In this document: positions 16,626 through 21,945 of the stretch, piece by piece | Layout of the letters: every line of letters begins with the position of its first letter | Position numbering within the stretch: position 1 is the first letter of the stretch | Source of the DNA: Candidatus Krumholzibacteriia bacterium | GTDB lineage: Bacteria; Krumholzibacteriota; Krumholzibacteriia; JAJRXK01 | Reading direction: 5' to 3' | Assembly (NCBI GenBank): GCA_041484665.1 | Contig: JBGPIA010000031.1 | Location: forward strand, 1-21,945 | DNA: 21,945 nt | The notes under the pieces: model-generated | Databases searched by the model: none | The model's input: the letters and a program-made list of their open reading frames with translations, nothing else | Told to the model about the DNA's origin: nothing | Translations under genes and position numbers: made by a program

Positions 16626-18443
16626 CTACCGCAGCTGCACCACCCGCTCCACGCTCTCCGCCGCCCCCGCCCGCGCCCGCACATAATAGATGCCCGATGC
16701 GACCGGCGCCGCGGCGTCGTCCTTGCCATCCCAGGCCAGGTCGTGCCTCCCGGAGCCGAGCACCCCGGCATCGGGCAGCGAGCGGATGCGCCGGCCGCGG
16801 GCGTCCAGCACGTCGATCCTCACCTGGGCGGTTGCCGAAAGCTCCAGAGCGAATCGCACCAGGCCGCGCGCGGGGTTCGACGACAAGAGTGCGAGGCGCA
16901 GGCCCGCGGAGGAAACGGCTGGACCGGGCGGCGCCGCGGTCGCCACGCCGCTGCCGGCGATGTGGTCGGCGTAGACGTCCGGATTCCCGTTGCGCGGGTC
17001 GTTCCACGCGACGAGCGCGCCGGAACCCGCGTCTCTCAATACAGCAGGCGCGTCCTGAAAGCCCGCAGCCTGGCACAGCGGAACGCCGTTGGGGTCCCAC
17101 AACAGGTTGCTGTTGCCGTCCACGCGCTGCGCGTAGATGTCAGCCTCTCCGCTCCTGCGGTCCGTCCACGCCACAATCGCTCCTCCAGATCCGTCGGCGA
17201 CGACTGCGGGAAAGGCCTGGTCGCCCGCCCCCGAGGCGAGCGGAACGCCGTCCACGGTCGTCCACACTGGCTGACCGTTCCCATCGATGCGCTGCGCATA
17301 GATCGCCGTCGCGGCCCCTCGGGGGTCGGTCCACGTCGCGATGACGCCACCCGCGCCGTCGCCCACGATCACCGGCGACTGTTGGTTCCCCTGCGCCCTG
17401 CAGACCGGAAGGCCATTGGCGAGCCACGCCACGGTTCCCGTGATCGAGAGCTTCTGGGCATAGAGATCCTGGTCCACGTTCCGAGCGTCCTCCCAAAGAA
17501 TGATCACGTTGCCGCTTCCGACGAACGCGATGTGCGGATTCGATCGCGAGCCCGGCCCGCTGCAGATGGGGATTCCATCGGCCGCCCACTGCGGGACACC
17601 GGCCGAGGACACGCGGCGCGCAGCGATGTCATAGCCCGTTGGATGGTATTGCTGCCACGTGATGATCGCCCCGCGTGGACCGAACGCCGCACCCGTCCCG
17701 TCGGTAGCAATCGCAGGGGCGGACCTTCCGCCCGCCAGCGAGACCAGGTAGACGCCGCCTGCAGCGGCGGAGGCCCACATGCCTGCGCCAAGATAGTCCA
17801 CGCGCTGTACGGCCAAGCCCGTAATGCCCCCGTTGTTCAGGTCAGTGTTGAGCCAGGCCACGACGTACCCCGGCGTCACCGTCGCCCCGCTCGCTCCGTC
17901 CGGAACCGCGATCGGAGAGGAATGCCGCTCGGTGGTGCTCGTGCAGAGAGGCACGCCGTTGATCGCCCACAGCGGGATTCCGAGCGCGTCCAGCCGTTGC
18001 GCGTAGATGTCCAAGCGGGGCGTGTCGCGGCCATCCTGCCAGAAGATGGTCGCTCCGCCCGCGGCGTCCGGCAGCACCGTGGGGCTGGTCTGAGCGCCGT
18101 GGATCGTACAGACCGCCACACCGTTGGTGCTCCAGCGCGGCACGCCGGAGGCATCGATCCTCTGGGCGAAGATGTCATCGTTGCTGAACCGCGCGTCCGA
18201 CCAGGCGATGATCGCCCCTCCGGCTCCATCCGTTGCAATACTGCGCACGTTCGCGTACTGCGCGTGGGTCTCGGTGCACACTGGGGTTCCGCCGGGAACC
18301 CACGCGCCACGCGCGGTGGGCGCGAGCGCAGTCAGTCCCGAGGCGGCCACCCCCAGCGCGATCATGCCCGGCGCAAGCGCGGCGTGCCGCAGCGCTCGGC
18401 ACGAGGTCAAGTTGCCGGTTTGAGCTGCTGTGCGCTTGCGCAT
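16626..18443 (-). CDS. secreted protein: 8 DGAGGA-type repeats (probable beta-propeller) plus FlgD-Ig/T9SS-like C-terminal domain, 605 aa
   Basis: Signal peptide; eight ~55-aa units W..NG.PVC....Q..P....DG.GGAI.AW.D.R....DIYAQR.D..G; tail NPARG...DVLDARGRRIRSL...G.H.L.WDGKD......ASGIYYVR; AAAGG before ATG 18443. Confidence 0.9.
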   Translation of the reverse strand: MRKRTAAQTGNLTSCRALRHAALAPGMIALGVAASGLTALAPTARGAWVPGGTPVCTETHAQYANVRSIATDGAGGAIIAWSDARFSNDDIFAQRIDASGVPRWSTNGVAVCTIHGAQTSPTVLPDAAGGATIFWQDGRDTPRLDIYAQRLDALGIPLWAINGVPLCTSTTERHSSPIAVPDGASGATVTPGYVVAWLNTDLNNGGITGLAVQRVDYLGAGMWASAAAGGVYLVSLAGGRSAPAIATDGTGAAFGPRGAIITWQQYHPTGYDIAARRVSSAGVPQWAADGIPICSGPGSRSNPHIAFVGSGNVIILWEDARNVDQDLYAQKLSITGTVAWLANGLPVCRAQGNQQSPVIVGDGAGGVIATWTDPRGAATAIYAQRIDGNGQPVWTTVDGVPLASGAGDQAFPAVVADGSGGAIVAWTDRRSGEADIYAQRVDGNSNLLWDPNGVPLCQAAGFQDAPAVLRDAGSGALVAWNDPRNGNPDVYADHIAGSGVATAAPPGPAVSSAGLRLALLSSNPARGLVRFALELSATAQVRIDVLDARGRRIRSLPDAGVLGSGRHDLAWDGKDDAAAPVASGIYYVRARAGAAESVERVVQLR

Positions 18444-18748
18444 GTCTGCCTTTCGTTGTTCGTCGACCGGCTTGGTGAGCTGCCGTCGCCTCGGCTTGTC
18501 CCCCGGCTGCCTGCCGGGGGGGTGCGAGGAGAGCCGCCGGGGGCCGTAGAGCCGCAACGCCGCGGCCGGCCGGGTTCGTCCACCCGGCTACTCTTCCCTA
18601 CGGCCGGAGGGCGCAAAGTGAACGGATGCGGCGGGGGCGGTGCGCTCAGCGGGCGGCTCGTGGGTGGCGTCGTCGAATCGGCGTTCCTGGATCGATTGGG
18701 CGGACACAGCTTCAGGCATTCGAGCGCGGCAGAGTGAGCCAGGGGTCC

Positions 18749-18807
18749 CCGGAACGCCCCTCTGCGAATTTGAGCATTTTGATGAGCAAATTCGCAGAGC
18801 GTTCCGG
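18749..18807. repeat. 21-bp imperfect inverted repeat in divergent intergenic region
   Basis: CCGGAACGC(CCC)TCTGCGAATTTG - 14 nt - CAAATTCGCAGAGCGTTCCGG. Confidence 0.85.
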
Positions 18808-19063
18808 AAGCTACCCCACGAGCGGCCGTCGGCCCGGGTACGCCCTCGCCGGCTCCCACCGCTCGATCCCGAACCACCGCCGCTCCGCCCCTCCGCCGGG
18901 CGCCGATTCCACGTCAGCGGCGTCGCGTACTTATGTATACTTATCTTGGTGCCTATGCGCGCACTGCCCAGCCTGGCCACCCCGCCGGCGGGGACGACTC
19001 CGACGCCCGGATCTGCGCGCCATCCGACCGCAGGACGCAGTCCTTTTCCCCACTGGTGGCACC

Positions 19064-19381
19064 ATGCGTCCCCACGTCCGATCGCGCAGCGTTGCTCTTT
19101 CTGTCGTCGTTGCGAGCGCCGTCACCGGCACCCTCGTCGGTGTCAGCGCAATCGCCCTTGCACCCCTTGCCGCATCGGGGAGCCCCGCCCCCGGACAGTG
19201 GCTGCTCAACAGCAATGCCATGTCCACCGCCGGAAATCGACAGAGCGGGCCTCAGAGCGTTTCCGACGGGGCAGGTGGGATCATCGCCGTGTGGACGGAC
19301 CAGCGGGACCCCGTCACGCTCAAGGACATCTACGCGAACCACCTGACGGCGACCGGAGCTGACTCACGGCGGAGGATGTGA
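19064..19381 (+). pseudogene. truncated paralogue of the DGAGG-repeat protein (signal peptide + one repeat)
   Basis: QW..N...STAGNRQSGPQSVSDGAGGIIAVWTDQR...DIYANHLTATG, then stop. Confidence 0.75.
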
Positions 19382-19388
19382 GTCCACG

Positions 19389-19419
19389 CACGATTTCACC
19401 CACAATTCCACCCACGATT
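19389..19419. repeat. 12-bp direct repeats
   Basis: CACGATTTCACC CACAATTCCACC CACGATT. Confidence 0.7.
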
Positions 19420-19520
19420 GGATGCATGAGTTCGCGCCAGCGATCGGACAGCCGAGCCCAGCCCGAACCAACAGTCTCAACCAGCCCGCAAAGTGCCCTC
19501 CCAGATCGGAAGGTCCTCCC

Positions 19521-21257
19521 ATGCAAACCGCCCAACGACCCGCGCGCCTGATTCTCGCGGCAGTTCTCTCGATGATCGTCGGCCTGGCAAGGCCCGCGGT
19601 GGCCACACCGCTGGGTACGAGTTTCACCTATCAGGGGCAGCTCGTGCTCAATGGCTCTCCCGTGACGGGGATCGCTGACCTGCGGTTCGACCTGTACGAC
19701 CAGGCGACCGGTGGGCCGCTGCTCAGCACCTTGACCTCGTCCAGCTGGCCCGTGCAGAGCGGGTTGTTCACGGTGGACCTCGACTTCGGGACGCTCTTCA
19801 CCAACCGGAATCTGTGGCTGGAGATCCACGCCCGCTATCCCGCTGGAAGTGGCGCGTACGTTCCGCTCTCTCCCCGCCAGGCGCTCACTGCCGCCCCGTT
19901 CGCCAATTTCGCGGCGGCGCCATGGCGCACCAACTCCGCTGGGAGCCTCTATTACGGCGGGGACGTCGGCATCGGAACGACTGCGAGCCCGCTGCGCCCG
20001 TTGCACATTCTGTCTCCGCAGGCCATCGCTCGTCTGTCCACGAGCACTGGTGCGTTCGGCTCGGTGCTCGAGCTCCAGAGTTTGCTGATCGCCCCGACTT
20101 ACCTCGGCGCGATCAATTTCCTGGACAACGCTGCGAACGTGCCGGGCCAGATCGCGTATCTGGCCACTGAGGATGCATTGACGATCAGAGTCAACGGCGC
20201 GGAGAGCTGCCGCTTCGAGTCGAACGGCACTCTGGCAATTGGCGGCCCGAGCTGGCCGGCTGGCACAACGCGCCTATTCGCCGCAGCGCCGCAAGGGCAT
20301 TACACGGTTGCCCAGCTTCAGCGCGAAGGGGATGGCCGACTCATGAGTTTCCTGATCAATGCCAACGGGTTCGAGGTCGGCACCATCACCGTTGCGGGCT
20401 CGACCGTCAGCTACAATTCCTTTACCGGCTCGCACCTGGCGCAGGTGGATCGCGCGATCGAGCGCGGCGCACTCGTGCGCCTGACTGGCGCCATCGCGCG
20501 TGACGGCGCCGATCCGGGAGTCGAACCAGTCTACGGAGTCGTTCCCACGGCCACCGCCAACGATGCGCGTTGCCTTGGAGCGTACCTCGGCCCCTGCAGC
20601 TCGAGCGCGGCGGGTTCTTGCCAAGATGTTCACCTCGTGATGTCCGTCGGGAATGGCGACATGTGGGTGGTCGACTCGGGAGCGGGCGACATCGAACCCG
20701 GCAACTGCCTGATCGCTTCAGACGTGGCCGGGTGCGCCATGAAGGATGATCCGCTGCGCTACGCGGTCGGTCACGTCGTAGCCCGAGCGGCCGAGCAAGT
20801 GCACTGGCAGGACATCCACACGCAGCAGCACGGTGGTCAAACTGTGAAGCGCGCGAGGATCTCGATCCTGTTCGACCGGTTCGAGCGTCATAGCGACGGC
20901 GGCGCGTTGGCGAGCAAGGTCGAGGCGCAGCAGCGTGACATCGAGGCGCAGCAGCGCAAGATCGAACTGCAGGAGCGCAAGATCGAGTCGCTCGAGGCGC
21001 AGCTCACGGCGTTGCAGGCGCTGGGCGACCGCCTCGCTCAGCTCGAGCGCGCAAGCGCGGGCGAGCGATTCGGTGGGCAATTCGCAGCGTCCACGGCAAC
21101 CGCCCCCGCCGGGTCAACCGCGCCAGCCGCAACAGTCGCGACAGCCACAGCAGTCGCGACAGCCGCAGCAGTCGCGACAGCCGCGCCAGTTGCGTCAGAT
21201 GCGTGCGCGCCAGTTGCGCCAACCGGGGCCGCTGGGCCGGCGCTGGCTCGCCGGTAG
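19521..21257 (+). CDS. secreted FTYQG-domain fibre-like protein with intramolecular-chaperone-like domain and coiled coil, 578 aa
   Basis: Signal peptide; FTYQGQL...F.LYD..TGG...GLFTVDLDFG...L.PRQ.LT.AP.A; VGIGT motif; FTGSH...G.I.PG..L.AS...G.AMK; QQRDIEAQQRKIE heptads. Confidence 0.85.
   Translation: MQTAQRPARLILAAVLSMIVGLARPAVATPLGTSFTYQGQLVLNGSPVTGIADLRFDLYDQATGGPLLSTLTSSSWPVQSGLFTVDLDFGTLFTNRNLWLEIHARYPAGSGAYVPLSPRQALTAAPFANFAAAPWRTNSAGSLYYGGDVGIGTTASPLRPLHILSPQAIARLSTSTGAFGSVLELQSLLIAPTYLGAINFLDNAANVPGQIAYLATEDALTIRVNGAESCRFESNGTLAIGGPSWPAGTTRLFAAAPQGHYTVAQLQREGDGRLMSFLINANGFEVGTITVAGSTVSYNSFTGSHLAQVDRAIERGALVRLTGAIARDGADPGVEPVYGVVPTATANDARCLGAYLGPCSSSAAGSCQDVHLVMSVGNGDMWVVDSGAGDIEPGNCLIASDVAGCAMKDDPLRYAVGHVVARAAEQVHWQDIHTQQHGGQTVKRARISILFDRFERHSDGGALASKVEAQQRDIEAQQRKIELQERKIESLEAQLTALQALGDRLAQLERASAGERFGGQFAASTATAPAGSTAPAATVATATAVATAAAVATAAPVASDACAPVAPTGAAGPALARR
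21124..21195. repeat. 18-bp in-frame tandem repeat, 4 copies
   Basis: CAGCCGCA(A/G)CAGTCGCGA-type units encoding the Ala/Thr/Val tail. Confidence 0.85.
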
Positions 21258-21370
21258 CTCGTCGAACACAGCTGCCGCGGGCGCGCGCGATCGAGCTCGC
21301 TCTGTTCGCCGCCGCGTTCGCTGACAGCTCTCCCGCCGAGGTTTGGCACGACCGCCCTACCAGGAGCGCC

Positions 21371-21799
21371 CTACAAGGGATCGAGTCGTCCCTGGAAGTG
21401 CGCGTCCGCCTCGGGGCGCACGCGCTCGTAGGCAGCCAATCGTTGCTGACCAGGATCCCGAAACACGAGACACGGCCCGTGCGGAAGCTCGAACGGCTCT
21501 CCCTCAACGGACCAGCCGACACTTGTGAGCCTCTGGTGCGTCTCCGTCAGGCTACGCACGCGATAGATGAGCAGCCCCTGGCCGACCTCGAGGTGGTTCG
21601 CGAGAAGCACGAGAGGCCCGTTTGGCGCGAGGCGCACCGCGGCCACCCACGTGTCCTCCTCGCGAATGCGCCAAAGCAGCTCGCCGCCCAGCGTCTCCGT
21701 ATAGAAAGCGATCGCAACCGCGATGTCGGGCGCCGGCAGGTACAGGTAGTCGAGCGCTTCGAACAGCGGCGCAGGCTGCTGGATGCCGTTCTCAGGCAC
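21371..21799 (-). CDS. VOC/glyoxalase family protein
   Basis: LDYLYLPAPDIAVAIAFYTETLG...LIYRVRSL...PFELPHG....FRDPGQQRLAAYE; start placed at GTG 21799 because GTG 21817 lies inside the IS end. Confidence 0.85.
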   Translation of the reverse strand: MPENGIQQPAPLFEALDYLYLPAPDIAVAIAFYTETLGGELLWRIREEDTWVAAVRLAPNGPLVLLANHLEVGQGLLIYRVRSLTETHQRLTSVGWSVEGEPFELPHGPCLVFRDPGQQRLAAYERVRPEADAHFQGRLDPL

Positions 21800-21804
21800 C
21801 CGCG

Positions 21805-21945
21805 TGTAGACGGCCACGGGTTTCCGCGTGTTTTTGACGCGGCGTAGCTGGCGAGGCAGGACGCGGTCAGTCTGTTTTGCGTTGGCGCCACGAGTCGGCC
21901 TCGATGTCGAGCACGTGGCAGTTCTCGGTGAAGCGATCCACCAGC
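21805..21945 (-). mobile_element. right end of IS21-family insertion sequence (partial)
   Basis: Terminal TGTAGACGGCCACGGGTTTCC resembles IS21 TGT...CGGCCA ends, about 60 nt beyond the istB-like stop. Confidence 0.7.
21867..21944 (-). CDS. istB: C-terminus of IstB-like ATPase (partial)
   Basis: LVDRFTENCHVLDIEADSWRQRKTD* matches the IstB DRL.H....I.I.G.SYR motif. Confidence 0.75.
   Translation of the reverse strand: MVDRFTENCHVLDIEADSWRQRKTD

Noticed and set aside
16542..18737. 731-aa plus-strand ORF
   Set aside because: Antisense shadow of the repeat protein; Arg/Gly-rich with no motifs
18920..18951. dif-like site (central TGTATA followed by CTTATCTT)
   Set aside because: XerD arm TTATGTTAAAT is mismatched and out of register; better read as a -10 TATACT
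8905..21195. CRISPR array
   Set aside because: Repeats are short and contiguous without unique spacers; no cas genes
1..21945. Integron integrase, tRNA or rRNA genes
   Set aside because: No tyrosine recombinase motifs or structural RNA signatures recognised

Overview
GC-rich bacterial window. The secreted-protein types suggest an FCB-group organism such as Ca. Eisenbacteria (inference). About 1-16.5 kb is a decaying defence/toxin-antitoxin island. It holds an Mrr-N/McrB-N-like gene with no visible nuclease or GTPase domain, a doubly deleted AbiEi/AbiEii pair, and an intact AEP-primase/SF2-helicase fusion. It also holds VapB45/VapC45-like, two ChpI/ChpK(MazF)-like, HigBA, a second higA, DUF433/DUF5615 and Doc modules, interspersed with small SEC-C/DUF genes. 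Degenerate integron attC-like sites (11348-11447, 12439-12536, half-site 13615-13639) suggest part of the island is an eroded cassette array with no integrase in view. Almost every toxin is broken, several by deletions with short junction microhomologies, while antitoxins survive. About 16.6-21.3 kb encodes secreted proteins: an 8-repeat beta-propeller with a FlgD-Ig-like tail, a one-repeat truncated paralogue, and an FTYQG/fibre-like protein. The window ends with a VOC-family gene abutting the end of an IS21-family element. All family names are recalled from motifs, not from database searches.
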